Below, in pieces: positions 1-10,181 of a stretch of DNA of 64,000 nucleotides (positions are counted from its first letter, which is position 1; every line of letters begins with the position of its first letter). This DNA is from Lentisphaerota bacterium (GTDB lineage: Bacteria; Verrucomicrobiota; Kiritimatiellia; RFP12; UBA1067), in assembly GCA_015061665.1 (NCBI GenBank), contig SUWC01000003.1:23292-87291 (forward strand), written 5' to 3'. The notes under the pieces are model-generated. The model was not told where the DNA came from. It ran no database searches and worked only from the letters and a program-made list of their open reading frames with translations. The translations under genes were made by a program, and so were the position numbers.

Positions 1-2
1 AC

Positions 3-782
3 GAAGCATGGACCGAGTGGTTTAAAATCTGCTCGGTCCGCGGCTGTTCCGCCGCGGCGGCGTCCGCCCTGTCCGCGGAAGTCGAAAGCGCGATGTACGC
101 CAACCTCCAGCGCCACGGCATTTCGCGCGACGAGACGCAGGGCGAGGACCCGGTAGCGTTCTTCGACGCATACTTCCGGCTGCGCGGCGACAGGGAGGGC
201 AAGAAGCCGCTGAAGTCCTACTACGCCTACCGCATCCTCGTCGAAGGCAAATCCATGCGGGACTTCGTGTGCGGGACGCTCTTCGGCTCGGCGTCAGGGA
301 GGATCCGCGACATTGTCCTTGAATGGATCGCCGCGATAAAGGGATGGAAGGCCCGCACCGTGTCGCGCGAGGACGGTTCGCGCGGACTTGCCTGGGAGAA
401 CGCCGGATACGACGAATCCGGATCCGAACAGGGCGAAGAGTGCGACCCGGCCTCGTTCATCGACGAATCCGCGTATCGAATGGCTGCGCGAAACGCGATC
501 TCGCGTGTCGCAGCGAAAATAAAGGCGGAAAAATCGTCCGTCGCGCTTTGTTTATATGTGACGGCGATGGACATCTCCGTCACCGAGCCGGCCGTCCTGT
601 CGGCCCTTGGCCTCGCGAAGTCGCGCGCCTACGCGGTCAGGGACAAGGCGCTGGCATCGCTGGAAAAGGAGCTTGAGGACGCGGAGGGGTCGGACGATCC
701 GCTCTTCGCGCGCATATTGGTGGAAACGTGCGCCTCCATGATGGGCGAGGAAATGCGGGAAAAACTTGGAGTACAGGCATGA
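3..782 (+). CDS. Hypothetical protein with a sigma-factor region 4-like C-terminal HTH (5' partial)
   Basis: Frame is open from position 3. The C-terminal LGLAKSRAYAVRDKALASLEKEL resembles a sigma4 HTH. The stop overlaps the next ATG (ATGA). Confidence 0.45.
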   Translation, partial: EAWTEWFKICSVRGCSAAAASALSAEVESAMYANLQRHGISRDETQGEDPVAFFDAYFRLRGDREGKKPLKSYYAYRILVEGKSMRDFVCGTLFGSASGRIRDIVLEWIAAIKGWKARTVSREDGSRGLAWENAGYDESGSEQGEECDPASFIDESAYRMAARNAISRVAAKIKAEKSSVALCLYVTAMDISVTEPAVLSALGLAKSRAYAVRDKALASLEKELEDAEGSDDPLFARILVETCASMMGEEMREKLGVQA

Positions 783-1816
783 ACGAAATATTCCAGGAGG
801 AGTGGAAACTCTACAGGCGCGGCGTCGAAAGGCCGCAGCTGCGAGGCGAAAAGCCTCGCGGCAGCGCCGCCTTCGATCCTGACGTCCGCCCAGGGGACAT
901 CCGCATATTCGCGGACACGAATATTCCGCTTACCGCGCTCGTAGTCGACGACTGCGGTCTTTCAGGGCGCCGTATAGTCCCCGTGTCGCCTTTCAGCGTG
1001 CCGGCGTCTTCGCGCGAGATGACGGACGGCAGGCGCGTCTACCAGCTCTGGAACGCCACGCTCGTCTCCAGGCGCCTGACCGACCGCAGCTGGCTCGTCG
1101 AAAGGATTCCCGAGGACCTTCTTGCCGCAATCCGCGGCAGAATCGCCGCGGCGGCCCCCGGAAGGCTGACGTCGGGCGACGGACCGCAGGCCCGCTACGA
1201 GCGCGAGTTCCTTCTGACGGGCGGAAGCCTGGTTCCACTTGCGGGAAGGCGCGAGGCACCCGCCGCAGAGCGGTTCGGGGGGATCAGCGGCTGGGGGCTG
1301 GCGGCGTCCGTCGCGCTTCTCATCGGCATCGGAGCGACGATGGCGCTCTGGCGCGGGACCGTCGCTGGCAACCGCGAATACGCATACGACGTCTTTGCGA
1401 CGCAGGAGTACGAGACCGTGCAGCTCGTGGAGGCGGGGGACATGAAGCAGGACGACGCGCTGCGCGCGGAAGAGCCTTCCGTGGAGTTCGCGCTGGACGC
1501 CAGTGCGCCGAAGATCCCGAATCCGTCCGAGCCAAGGCAAGTCGAGGGGTTCTTTTCGCTTTCGCGCCTGGCGGCGATCATGTCGAAGTTTCCCAACATC
1601 TTCAAGAACTCGCACTACGGCGAACAATATGAAAAGGAAGACGGCGTACTGCCACTGGCAACGGCGAAGGACGGCGCGAAGGCGGGAAAACCCAAGCCCG
1701 TGGAGCCCGCCCCTGCTGCCGTTGCATCAGGGACGAACGTCCTGGACCACGCCAGGAAACCGCTCCTCAAGTCCGACACTTCCGACGACATACGCGTCGA
1801 CGTCAACTTCAAGTAG
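779..1816 (+). CDS. Hypothetical single-pass membrane protein (possible anti-sigma partner)
   Basis: ATG at 779 is coupled to the upstream stop. One hydrophobic segment, WGLAASVALLIGIGATMALW. Confidence 0.5.
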   Translation: MNEIFQEEWKLYRRGVERPQLRGEKPRGSAAFDPDVRPGDIRIFADTNIPLTALVVDDCGLSGRRIVPVSPFSVPASSREMTDGRRVYQLWNATLVSRRLTDRSWLVERIPEDLLAAIRGRIAAAAPGRLTSGDGPQARYEREFLLTGGSLVPLAGRREAPAAERFGGISGWGLAASVALLIGIGATMALWRGTVAGNREYAYDVFATQEYETVQLVEAGDMKQDDALRAEEPSVEFALDASAPKIPNPSEPRQVEGFFSLSRLAAIMSKFPNIFKNSHYGEQYEKEDGVLPLATAKDGAKAGKPKPVEPAPAAVASGTNVLDHARKPLLKSDTSDDIRVDVNFK

Positions 1817-1873
1817 CGACCGGCGCTGCCGGGGCGGCGTAAAAGCTCCACCGATGCAAAGGCACGCTTCTTG

Positions 1874-4800
1874 TCAGGACGCGTGCCACTCCTGCAGCGA
1901 GCGAGGAACGGAACCTTTCGCCGACGCGTCGGCCGCGATTCCACGGACAGCCTCGGCGAATCCTGCAAGCGTGGTCGTGACCGGCACGCCTGCGGCAACC
2001 GCCGCCGCGCGGATCTTCACGCTGTCGTGCGCAGCGCTCTCGCCCTCCTCGCGCGTGTTGACGATCCACTTCACCTTGCCGCGCTTTATCAAGTCGATTG
2101 TGTTGGGGCTCCCGAGCGGAATCTTGTAGAGCGCATTCGACTCGACGCCCGCGCGCCAGAGCGCGGTGGAAGTTCCGCGCGTCGCCCATATCTCGTAGCC
2201 CATCGCATCGAGCCGCTTCGCAAGTTCGACGACTTCGCCCTTGTCTTCGTCGCGAACGCAAAGGACGATTCCGCCCTGGCCCGGATGCGGCAGCGGACTC
2301 CCCGCCGCGGCCTGGCTCTTGTAGTACGCCGTCGCCGCGTCGACTCCGAACGACATCACCTCGCCCGTCGACTTCATCTCCGGCGTGAGCGTGATGTCCG
2401 CGCCAGGGAACTTCACGAACGGGAAGACCGCCTCCTTGGCGCAGAAATACGGTTTGGTGGTTTGGTGGTTAGGTAGTTGGGTGGGCAGTTGCTCGCCCGC
2501 CATCACCCGCGACGCCACGCCCGCAAGCGACCAGCCGACAGCCTTCGAGACGAACGGCACGGTGCGCGACGCGCGTGGATTCACCTCGATCATCCATACC
2601 TCGTTGTCTTTAACAGCCAACTGGATATTCATAAGTCCGACGACGTGCAACCGCTCCGCGAAAGTGCGGGCGATGCGTTCGACTTCGGCGATCGTCTCTT
2701 TCGATAGCGATACCGGCGGCGTAACCGCCGCGGCGTCGCCAGAGTGGCAGCCCGCCGCCTCGATGTGCTCGAGAATCGCGCCGACGACTGTCGTCTCTCC
2801 ATCCGACACGCAGTCGACGTCGAGTTCGATGGCATTGGTGAGGAACTTGTCGATGAGGATCGGACGCCCCTCCGATATCTTCACCGCCTCCTCGACGTAT
2901 TCCCTGAGGCGCTCCTCGTGGTAGACGATCGCCATGCCGCGTCCTCCAAGGACGAACGACGGACGCACGAGGACGGGATAGCCGATCTCCTGCGCGATCT
3001 TTAGCGCGTCGTCAACCGTGTGCGCGATGCCGCTCGGCGGCTGCTTCACGCCGACTTCATTCACAAGCGCGCGGAAGAAGTCGCGGTCCTCCGCAAGCGC
3101 GATGTCTTTGGGCGAAGTGCCGAGGATGTTTACGCCCGCCGCTTCGAGTTTTTCCGCGAGGTTGAGCGGGGTCTGTCCGCCGAACTGCACAATCGCGCCG
3201 TCGCACTTCTCGCGCTCGTAGATCTCCATCACGTCCTCGAATGTAAGCGGCTCGAAGTAGAGCTTGTCCGAAGTGTCGTAGTCGGTCGAGACAGTCTCTG
3301 GATTTGAGTTCACCATCACGACCTCGATGCCCATCTTGCGCAGCGCGAACGCGGCGTGGCAGCAGCACCAGTCGAACTCGATGCCCTGTCCGATGCGGTT
3401 CGGCCCCCCGCCCAAGACCATGATCTTCTTTTTGACAGGATTTACAGGATTCACAAGATTAGAAGAATTCGTTGGATGTGGTAATCTTGTAAATCTTGTT
3501 AATCCTGTCGAAAAACCGTAGCAGCTGTAGTAATACGGTGTCTTGGCCTCGAACTCGCCGGCGCAGGTGTCGACTTCGCCGAACTCGGGCCTTATGCCGA
3601 GGGCGAGGCGATTGTTCCGCACCGTAATCTCGTCGGAGCCGATCGCCGCGGCGATTTCCTTGTCGCTGAAGCCGAACACCTTGGCTTGGCGAAGGAGCAA
3701 GCTTGCTTCACGGTCTTTTTCGACAGGATTAACAAGATTTACATGATTATCTTTACTCATCAATCCTGTTAATCCTGTAAATCCTGTCAAAAGATTCTTC
3801 TGGCTCGCCAAGAACTTTCTGAACGCTTCGATTTCTTCGAGCTGCGCCCTGAACCACGGATCGAAGCTCGCGACGTCGTGTCCGGCGAGCGGCGCCTCGA
3901 GCGAGCGGACTGCCTTGAGGTATGCCTGCTTGAAGGTGCGTCCGATTGCCATCGCCTCGCCCACGGACTTCATTTGCGTGCCGAGGCGCGTGTCCGCTCC
4001 GTGGAACTTCTCGAAGGTGAAGCGCGGCACCTTGACTACGACATAGTCGAGCGCCGGCTCGAAGCAGGCGGGCGTAACTTCGGTAATGTCGTTCTTCAGC
4101 TCGTCGAGAGTATAGCCCACGGCGAGAAGGGCGGCGATCTTCGCGATCGGGAAGCCCGTCGCCTTCGAGGCGAGCGCGGAGGAGCGCGAGACGCGTGGAT
4201 TCATCTCGATGATGATGCGCCGCCCCGTCTTCGGATTGACGGCCCACTGGACGTTCGAGCCGCCCGTCGCAATTCCGATCGCCTCCAGGACGCGGATCGA
4301 GTCGTCGCGCATCGCCTGGTATTCGCGGTCGGTAAGTGTCTGTATCGGCGCGACGGTTATCGAGTCGCCGGTATGGACGCCCATCGGATCCATGTTCTCG
4401 ATGGAGCAGACGATTACGGCGTTTCCCGCCTTGTCGCGCATCACTTCCATCTCGAATTCCTTCCAGCCGATGAGAGACTCCTCGACAAGGACCTCGTGGT
4501 TGAGCGACGCCTCGAGCCCGCGCGAGACGATTTCGCGGAACTCGTCTGCGTCGTGCGCGATTCCGCCGCCAGTTCCGCCGAGGGTGAAGCCAGGACGGAT
4601 GATTAGCGGCCATGTGCCGATATCCTTTGCGATCGCTTCCGACTCTTCGAGCGAATGTGCGCTCCCCGATTTAGGCATGTCAAGTCCGAGCTTGCCCATC
4701 GCCGCCTTGAAGAGATTGCGGTCCTCCGCACGGGCTATCGCGTCAGCATCCGCGCCGATCATCTCGACGCCGCATTCTTCGAGGACGCCGGAGCGCTTCA

Positions 4801-5101
4801 GCTCCATCGCGAGGTTGAGCGCGGTCTGTCCGCCGAGCGTCGGGAGGAGCGCGTCCGGCTTTTCCTTTCGGATGATCGCCGAAACCGAATCGACGGTAAG
4901 CGGCTCGATGTATGTCGCCTCGGCCATTTCCGGATCGGTCATCACCGTCGCGGGGTTGGAGTTCACGAGGACGATTTCGTATCCTTCCTTGCGCAGGGCC
5001 TTCACGGCCTGGCAGCCGGAGTAGTCGAACTCGCATCCCTGTCCGATGACGATCGGACCCGATCCGATGACAAGTATCTTCTTCAAATCAGTGCGTTTCA
5101 T
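1874..5101 (-). CDS. carB: Carbamoyl-phosphate synthase large subunit, with 3 in-frame repeat insertions
   Basis: Motifs [54 protein letters not shown]. Start MKRTDLKK at 5101. Confidence 0.98.
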   Translation of the reverse strand: MKRTDLKKILVIGSGPIVIGQGCEFDYSGCQAVKALRKEGYEIVLVNSNPATVMTDPEMAEATYIEPLTVDSVSAIIRKEKPDALLPTLGGQTALNLAMELKRSGVLEECGVEMIGADADAIARAEDRNLFKAAMGKLGLDMPKSGSAHSLEESEAIAKDIGTWPLIIRPGFTLGGTGGGIAHDADEFREIVSRGLEASLNHEVLVEESLIGWKEFEMEVMRDKAGNAVIVCSIENMDPMGVHTGDSITVAPIQTLTDREYQAMRDDSIRVLEAIGIATGGSNVQWAVNPKTGRRIIIEMNPRVSRSSALASKATGFPIAKIAALLAVGYTLDELKNDITEVTPACFEPALDYVVVKVPRFTFEKFHGADTRLGTQMKSVGEAMAIGRTFKQAYLKAVRSLEAPLAGHDVASFDPWFRAQLEEIEAFRKFLASQKNLLTGFTGLTGLMSKDNHVNLVNPVEKDREASLLLRQAKVFGFSDKEIAAAIGSDEITVRNNRLALGIRPEFGEVDTCAGEFEAKTPYYYSCYGFSTGLTRFTRLPHPTNSSNLVNPVNPVKKKIMVLGGGPNRIGQGIEFDWCCCHAAFALRKMGIEVVMVNSNPETVSTDYDTSDKLYFEPLTFEDVMEIYEREKCDGAIVQFGGQTPLNLAEKLEAAGVNILGTSPKDIALAEDRDFFRALVNEVGVKQPPSGIAHTVDDALKIAQEIGYPVLVRPSFVLGGRGMAIVYHEERLREYVEEAVKISEGRPILIDKFLTNAIELDVDCVSDGETTVVGAILEHIEAAGCHSGDAAAVTPPVSLSKETIAEVERIARTFAERLHVVGLMNIQLAVKDNEVWMIEVNPRASRTVPFVSKAVGWSLAGVASRVMAGEQLPTQLPNHQTTKPYFCAKEAVFPFVKFPGADITLTPEMKSTGEVMSFGVDAATAYYKSQAAAGSPLPHPGQGGIVLCVRDEDKGEVVELAKRLDAMGYEIWATRGTSTALWRAGVESNALYKIPLGSPNTIDLIKRGKVKWIVNTREEGESAAHDSVKIRAAAVAAGVPVTTTLAGFAEAVRGIAADASAKGSVPRSLQEWHAS
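3429..3515. repeat. Family A palindrome, in frame in carB
   Basis: TTTTTGACAGGATTTACAGGATTCACAAGATT...AATCTTGTAAATCTTGTTAATCCTGTCGAAAAA. Confidence 0.95.
3716..3792. repeat. Family A palindrome, in frame in carB
   Basis: Encodes [25 protein letters not shown]. Confidence 0.95.
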
Positions 5102-6923
5102 TTTTCTTTTCCTTAAGTGCGGTCGAGACGAGGCCGACAAACAGAGGATGCGGCGCGGTCGGGCGGGATTTGAACTCGGGGTGGAACTGGCATGCGATGA
5201 AGTAAGGATGCTTCGACTGCGGAAGTTCTACAATTTCGACGAGCTTGCCGTCGGGGGATGTTCCGCTGACCACCAGCCCCGCGGCCTCAAGCGCCTTCCT
5301 TGCCTCGCTGTCGTATGCGAGTTCGTAGCGGTGGCGATGTCGTTCGGAGATAACACCTGCGGAGTTGTTTTGTTTGACAGGATTTACAGGATTAACAGGA
5401 TTGAGTGTCTGGGGGATATCCCCAGGTAATCCTGTAAATCTTGTTAATCCTGTCAAAACTATTTTATAGAGCTTTGCGGCTAGGGTGCCTTTCTTGAGAA
5501 TGCATGGATAGGCGCCCAGGCGCATCGTGCCGCCTTTCTGCGTGATGCCGCGCTGCTCCTCCATAAGGTCGATGACGGGGTGCGTCGTACGTTCGTCGAA
5601 CTCCGTCGAGTTGGCGTCCTTCCATCCGAGCACGTCGCGCGCGTATTCGATCACCGTGCACTGCATCCCGAGGCAGATGCCGAGAAATGGGATCTTGTGC
5701 TCGCGCGCGTACTTTATCGCGGCGATCTTTCCCTCGACGCCGCGCGCACCGAATCCACCAGGCACCAAAATGCCGTCGATATCCCTCAGCGGATTGTTTT
5801 TGACAGGATTAACAAGATTTACATGATTAGAAGACTTCGCCAATCCTGTTAATCCTGTAAATCCTGTCTCCAACTCCTCGGATTCAACAGGAACAACTTC
5901 TACTTTGCAGTCCTTTGCCATGCCTGCGTGCTGGAGCGCTTCGTGCACCGACTTGTAGGCGTCGCGGATGGCGATGTACTTTCCGACGAGCGCGATGCGG
6001 CACTTCTTCTTCGGCTGCGTCGCCTTTCGCACGAGAGTGTCCCACACCGTGTGCTTTATGGGCCAGATGTCGAGGTGGAGATGGCGCAGAACCTGCTCGT
6101 CGAGCCCCTGCTTCCGGAGCTCCCGCGGCACGGCGTAAACGGAGTCCGTCACGTCCTTCTCCTCGATGACGCATTCGCGCTTCACGTTGCAGAAGAGCGC
6201 GAGCTTCTGGAGATGCTCCTCCGGAATCGTCATCTCGGTGCGGCAGACGAGGATGTCGGGAATGATGCCGATGTTGCGCAACTGTCCGACGGAATGCTGC
6301 GACGGTTTTGTCTTGAGCTCGCCCGCCGCCTTGAGATACGGGACGAGCGTGAGGTGCACGAAGCACGCGTTCTCGGATCCGACCTCGAAGCGGAACTGCC
6401 GCGCCGCCTCGAGGAAGGGGAGCGACTCGATGTCGCCGGAAACGCCGCCTATCTCGCAGAGGACGATGTCGGGAGGGTCGGGCTCTGTCCCGACCATGGC
6501 CGACACGGAGGTCGGCCCTCCCATGCCCGCGCTCCTGATCGCCGCCTTGATCTCGTCCGTTATGTGCGGCACGACCTGCACCGTTCCGCCGAGGTATCCA
6601 CCTGCGCGTTCGCGCGCGAGGACTGCGGAGTAGATGCGCCCTGAGGTGTAGTTCGACGCCTTCGTGCAGGTGACGCCGGCGAACCGCTCGTAGTGTCCGA
6701 GATCGAGGTCCGTCTCCGCGCCGTCGTCCGTCACGAACACCTCGCCGTGCTGGTACGGGGACATCGTGCCGGGGTCGACGTTGAGGTATGGGTCGAGCTT
6801 CTGCATGAAGACCTTGTAGCCGCGCGACTTGAGGAGAAGCGCGAGCGAGGCCGAGGTGATTCCCTTGCCGAGCGAGCTTACGACGCCGCCGGTGATGAAA
6901 ACGTATTTGACTTGTTTTTTCAT
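5088..6923 (-). CDS. pyrG: CTP synthase, with 3 in-frame repeat insertions
   Basis: Motifs [40 protein letters not shown] at 6923 overlaps the carA stop. Confidence 0.98.
   Translation of the reverse strand: MKKQVKYVFITGGVVSSLGKGITSASLALLLKSRGYKVFMQKLDPYLNVDPGTMSPYQHGEVFVTDDGAETDLDLGHYERFAGVTCTKASNYTSGRIYSAVLARERAGGYLGGTVQVVPHITDEIKAAIRSAGMGGPTSVSAMVGTEPDPPDIVLCEIGGVSGDIESLPFLEAARQFRFEVGSENACFVHLTLVPYLKAAGELKTKPSQHSVGQLRNIGIIPDILVCRTEMTIPEEHLQKLALFCNVKRECVIEEKDVTDSVYAVPRELRKQGLDEQVLRHLHLDIWPIKHTVWDTLVRKATQPKKKCRIALVGKYIAIRDAYKSVHEALQHAGMAKDCKVEVVPVESEELETGFTGLTGLAKSSNHVNLVNPVKNNPLRDIDGILVPGGFGARGVEGKIAAIKYAREHKIPFLGICLGMQCTVIEYARDVLGWKDANSTEFDERTTHPVIDLMEEQRGITQKGGTMRLGAYPCILKKGTLAAKLYKIVLTGLTRFTGLPGDIPQTLNPVNPVNPVKQNNSAGVISERHRHRYELAYDSEARKALEAAGLVVSGTSPDGKLVEIVELPQSKHPYFIACQFHPEFKSRPTAPHPLFVGLVSTALKEKKNETH
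5373..5458. repeat. Family A palindrome, in frame in pyrG
   Basis: Encodes [28 protein letters not shown]. Confidence 0.95.
5797..5868. repeat. Family A palindrome, in frame in pyrG
   Basis: Encodes [23 protein letters not shown]. Confidence 0.95.
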
Positions 6924-8200
6924 GGCTTGCTGGTTGTGGCTAGTGCCATTTCCCTGAATTGGCGGAAGAGGTAGTTCGAGTCGTGCGGGCCGGGGCAGGA
7001 CTCGGGGTGGTACTGCACCGAGAAGGCGGGGAGAGTCTTGTGGCGGATGCCCTCGATCGAATTGTCGTTGAGGTTTACGTGCGTCACTTCCAGGCAGTCC
7101 GGAACCGACTCGGGCACGACGGCGAAGTTGTGGTTCTGGCTGGTGATCTCGACCTTGCCCGTCGCGAGGTTCTTCACCGGATGGTTGCAGCCGTGGTGCC
7201 CGAACTTGAGCCGCGCCGTCTTCGCGCCGCATGCGAGCGCGAGCAGCTGATGCCCAAGGCAGATTCCCATGATGGGGATGATTCTGTTTTTGACAGGATT
7301 TACAGGATTAACAGAATTTGGGTTTTGAGGGGTTGCCCCAGATAATCCTGTAAATCTTGTTAATCCTGTCGAAAAAGACCTTAGTCCGAGGAACTTCTGA
7401 ATATTCTCGATTGCGTATGTCACTGCCGCGGGATCGGCCGGACCGTTGGATAGAAAGACGCCGTCGGGATTCATCGCGAGGACATCCTCGGCGGGAGTCT
7501 TCGCTGGAACGACCGTGACCTTTGCCCACGACGCGAGCGAGCGGAGGATGTTTGTCTTTACGCCGAAGTCGTAGCAGACGATGTGGGGCAAGGACTTCGG
7601 ACTTAAGGCTTCAGACTTCTGTTTTCGAAGTCCGAGGTCCGAAGTCTGAAGTCTAAACTCGTAACTCTTCTCGCAAGTCACCTTGGCGGCGTAGTCCTGT
7701 CCGTCAAGACCCTCCCATTCTCGCGCCTTGGCTATTGCCTCATCTTCCCCATTCCCCGTTCCCCATTCCCCAACACACAAATACGCCTTCCGGTTGCCGT
7801 GCTCGCGGAGGTGCAGCGTGAGCGCGCGCGTGTCCACGCCGTAGATGCCGGGGATGCCATTCTCGCGGAGATATTCGTCGAGGCTCTTTTCGCTGCGCCA
7901 GTTGCTGGGCTCGGTCAGATCGGCTATTACTAGTCCAGACAGAAAAAGGGCGCGTCTTTCAGTGTCCGCGCTGTTTACTCCGTAGTTGCCGACTTCGGCT
8001 GTCGTGAGGGTGACGAACTGTCCGGCGTAGGATGGGTCGGTAAGTATCTCCTGGTAGCCCGTCATGCCGGTGTTGAACACGACCTCGCCAAGAGTGTCCT
8101 TCTTCGCGCCGAACGCGACGCCGTGGAAGACCGTTCCATCGTCCAGTGCAAGGAACGCCGCCCTTTCGCGCTCCGCTTTCCATTTCTTCTCGTAGTTCAT
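6920..8200 (-). CDS. carA: Carbamoyl-phosphate synthase small subunit, with 3 in-frame repeat insertions
   Basis: Motifs [47 protein letters not shown]. Confidence 0.98.
   Translation of the reverse strand: MNYEKKWKAERERAAFLALDDGTVFHGVAFGAKKDTLGEVVFNTGMTGYQEILTDPSYAGQFVTLTTAEVGNYGVNSADTERRALFLSGLVIADLTEPSNWRSEKSLDEYLRENGIPGIYGVDTRALTLHLREHGNRKAYLCVGEWGTGNGEDEAIAKAREWEGLDGQDYAAKVTCEKSYEFRLQTSDLGLRKQKSEALSPKSLPHIVCYDFGVKTNILRSLASWAKVTVVPAKTPAEDVLAMNPDGVFLSNGPADPAAVTYAIENIQKFLGLRSFSTGLTRFTGLSGATPQNPNSVNPVNPVKNRIIPIMGICLGHQLLALACGAKTARLKFGHHGCNHPVKNLATGKVEITSQNHNFAVVPESVPDCLEVTHVNLNDNSIEGIRHKTLPAFSVQYHPESCPGPHDSNYLFRQFREMALATTSKP
7287..7376. repeat. Family A palindrome, in frame in carA
   Basis: Encodes [29 protein letters not shown]. 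Confidence 0.95.
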
Positions 8201-8215
8201 TTAATTTGCTCCATA

Positions 8216-10165
8216 TTAGTAAGATCTTTCATTCCTCTTGTCCAGGTAGTTCTCTAGCGCCTTGTGGAGAACCTTGTATCCGCCCGGCGTCGGGTAGTCG
8301 CCGGTGAAGTACCAGTCGCCGATGGAACTTGAAAGGACTTCTGACTTCGGACTTCCGACTTCCATTGCCGAGGTCGGATGTCCGAAGCCCGAAGTCAGGC
8401 ACCTTCTGAGATCCTCGACGGTCTGATACACCACTTTCACCTCTGCCTTCATCCCGGGAGGGGTGAGAAGGCGCGCGATTTCCGCACAGTGCTGCTCCTC
8501 GGTAAAGCGAGAATAGAGGGGAGCAAGTGGATTCAACTGGGGACGGCGTGCGCGGCGCGCCCGCCCTACCAGTGCTTCGCTCAATTCCCGCTCCCCGCTC
8601 CCCGTTCCCCGTTCCCCATTCATAAGATTGACGAGGGCGCGGAACGCGACGAGCTCGCCGAGCGTGGACATGTCGATGCCGTAGCAGTCGGGGTAGCGGA
8701 TGGGCGGCGCGGAGGATGCGATGACGATGCGCTTCGGTCCAAGCCGATCGAGCATCGGGAGAATCGCGTTCTTCATCGTGTTGCCGCGCACGATCGAATC
8801 GTCAAGGACGACGAGCGTGTCATTCTCCTTGACGAGTCCGTACGTGACGTCGTAGACGTGCTTGTAGAACTCGCGCCGCGCCGCGGCGTCCGCGATGAAC
8901 GTGCGGAACTTCGCGTCCTTCACTATCACCTCGCCGAAGCGGGGGATGCTTTTGACAGGATTTACAGGATTTACAAGATTTTTGGGGTCTGGGGGCATGC
9001 CCCCAGATAATCTTGTCAATCCTGTTAATCCTGTCGCAAAAACACGGGAGAAAAGTTCTTCCAGCAATCCGTGGAAGGCGATGCGCGCGGAGTTGGGGAT
9101 GTAGCTGAAGAAGATGTCCTCCATCGTCGCGTCCGCCGCCTCGAGTATGCGCGGCAGGAGCGCCGCGCCGAGCGCCTTGCGCTCGCGGTGGATGTCGGCG
9201 TCGTTCGCGCGGGAGAAATAAATTCTCTCGAACGAGCAAGGGCGAGGACGAGCATTGATGTCCGAACTCAGTTCGGACATCTGGACTTCGCCATCCGGCG
9301 AGACGACAAGCACCTCGCCCGGCGGCAGCTCCTTCACCGCCTCGGGCGGGACGTCGAACGCGGCCTGTATCGCGGGGCGCTCGCTCGCGACGACTACGAC
9401 GCGCTCGTCGATGTAGTAGAAGCCCGGCCTTATGCCGTTCGGGTCGCGCGTCGCGAACGCCCAGCCGTCCCCCGTCGCGCCGCAGAGCGTCCATGCGCCG
9501 TCGGCGTTCTTCAATGCATTTGCAAGGGCGTCGGCAACGGGAGGGCCGGGCTCTGTCCCGGCCGCGGCCGACACGGAGGTCGGCCCTCCCAGTTCCTTCG
9601 CGATCAGCTCGCAGATGAGGTAGCCGTCGGCCCTGCTCGTCGGAAACGATCCGTGTCGCGCGTAGTCGTCGAATAGCTCGTGCGCGTTCGTTAGGTTGAA
9701 GTTGCCTGCGAGAAGGAGCGTATGGGATAGCTCGCTTGACTCGTGCACGAACGGATGACAGAACGCCACGTCGTTTTTACCGAACGTGGCGTAGCGAAGA
9801 TGGCCGAGGAAAATCCTCTCAAATCTTGTGTGGACAGGATTTACAAGATTTACAGGATTTTGGGGGGCTGATGCTGTGCTCACAGATAATCCTGTCAATC
9901 CTGTCTGAACCTTACACCGCTTCGTCAGCATCCCCAACAGATCTGCAAGAGGTGTAGCGGAGGCGGACTTGGCGATCCAGTATGGCGTTTTGCCTGGCTC
10001 GGGATTGGCCGAGAGTATCGCCGCGCCCGCACCGTCCTGTCCGCGGTTGTGTTGTTTTTCCAGTAGAAGCGAAAGCTTCGTTCCGCCAAAGTCCGCCGTA
10101 GACGACGGTGGCTTTCTAAGGACCACCATCGCCACGGCGCATTCATGCTTTAGTTCGTCTGACAT
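8216..10165 (-). CDS. purF: Amidophosphoribosyltransferase (PurF family), with 6 in-frame repeat insertions
   Basis: MSDELKHEC propeptide/Ntn Cys, QHNRGQDGAG, GHLRYAT, CSFERIYF, PRT motif VLDDSIVRGNT, PDCYGIDM, FTGDYP. Confidence 0.9.
   Translation of the reverse strand: MSDELKHECAVAMVVLRKPPSSTADFGGTKLSLLLEKQHNRGQDGAGAAILSANPEPGKTPYWIAKSASATPLADLLGMLTKRCKVQTGLTGLSVSTASAPQNPVNLVNPVHTRFERIFLGHLRYATFGKNDVAFCHPFVHESSELSHTLLLAGNFNLTNAHELFDDYARHGSFPTSRADGYLICELIAKELGGPTSVSAAAGTEPGPPVADALANALKNADGAWTLCGATGDGWAFATRDPNGIRPGFYYIDERVVVVASERPAIQAAFDVPPEAVKELPPGEVLVVSPDGEVQMSELSSDINARPRPCSFERIYFSRANDADIHRERKALGAALLPRILEAADATMEDIFFSYIPNSARIAFHGLLEELFSRVFATGLTGLTRLSGGMPPDPKNLVNPVNPVKSIPRFGEVIVKDAKFRTFIADAAARREFYKHVYDVTYGLVKENDTLVVLDDSIVRGNTMKNAILPMLDRLGPKRIVIASSAPPIRYPDCYGIDMSTLGELVAFRALVNLMNGERGTGSGERELSEALVGRARRARRPQLNPLAPLYSRFTEEQHCAEIARLLTPPGMKAEVKVVYQTVEDLRRCLTSGFGHPTSAMEVGSPKSEVLSSSIGDWYFTGDYPTPGGYKVLHKALENYLDKRNERSY
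8950..9036. repeat. Family A palindrome, in frame in purF
   Basis: Encodes [28 protein letters not shown]. Confidence 0.95.
9833..9905. repeat. Family A palindrome, in frame in purF
   Basis: Encodes [24 protein letters not shown]. Confidence 0.93.
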
Positions 10166-10181
10166 TTCACGTCACTAACCA

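Noticed and set aside
6924-7232. Long N-terminal extensions given in the ORF track for pyrG, trpGD, trpE and the 13778 ORF
   Set aside because: They overlap upstream genes. The downstream ATGs coincide with conserved N-termini and with coupled stops or ribosome-binding sites.
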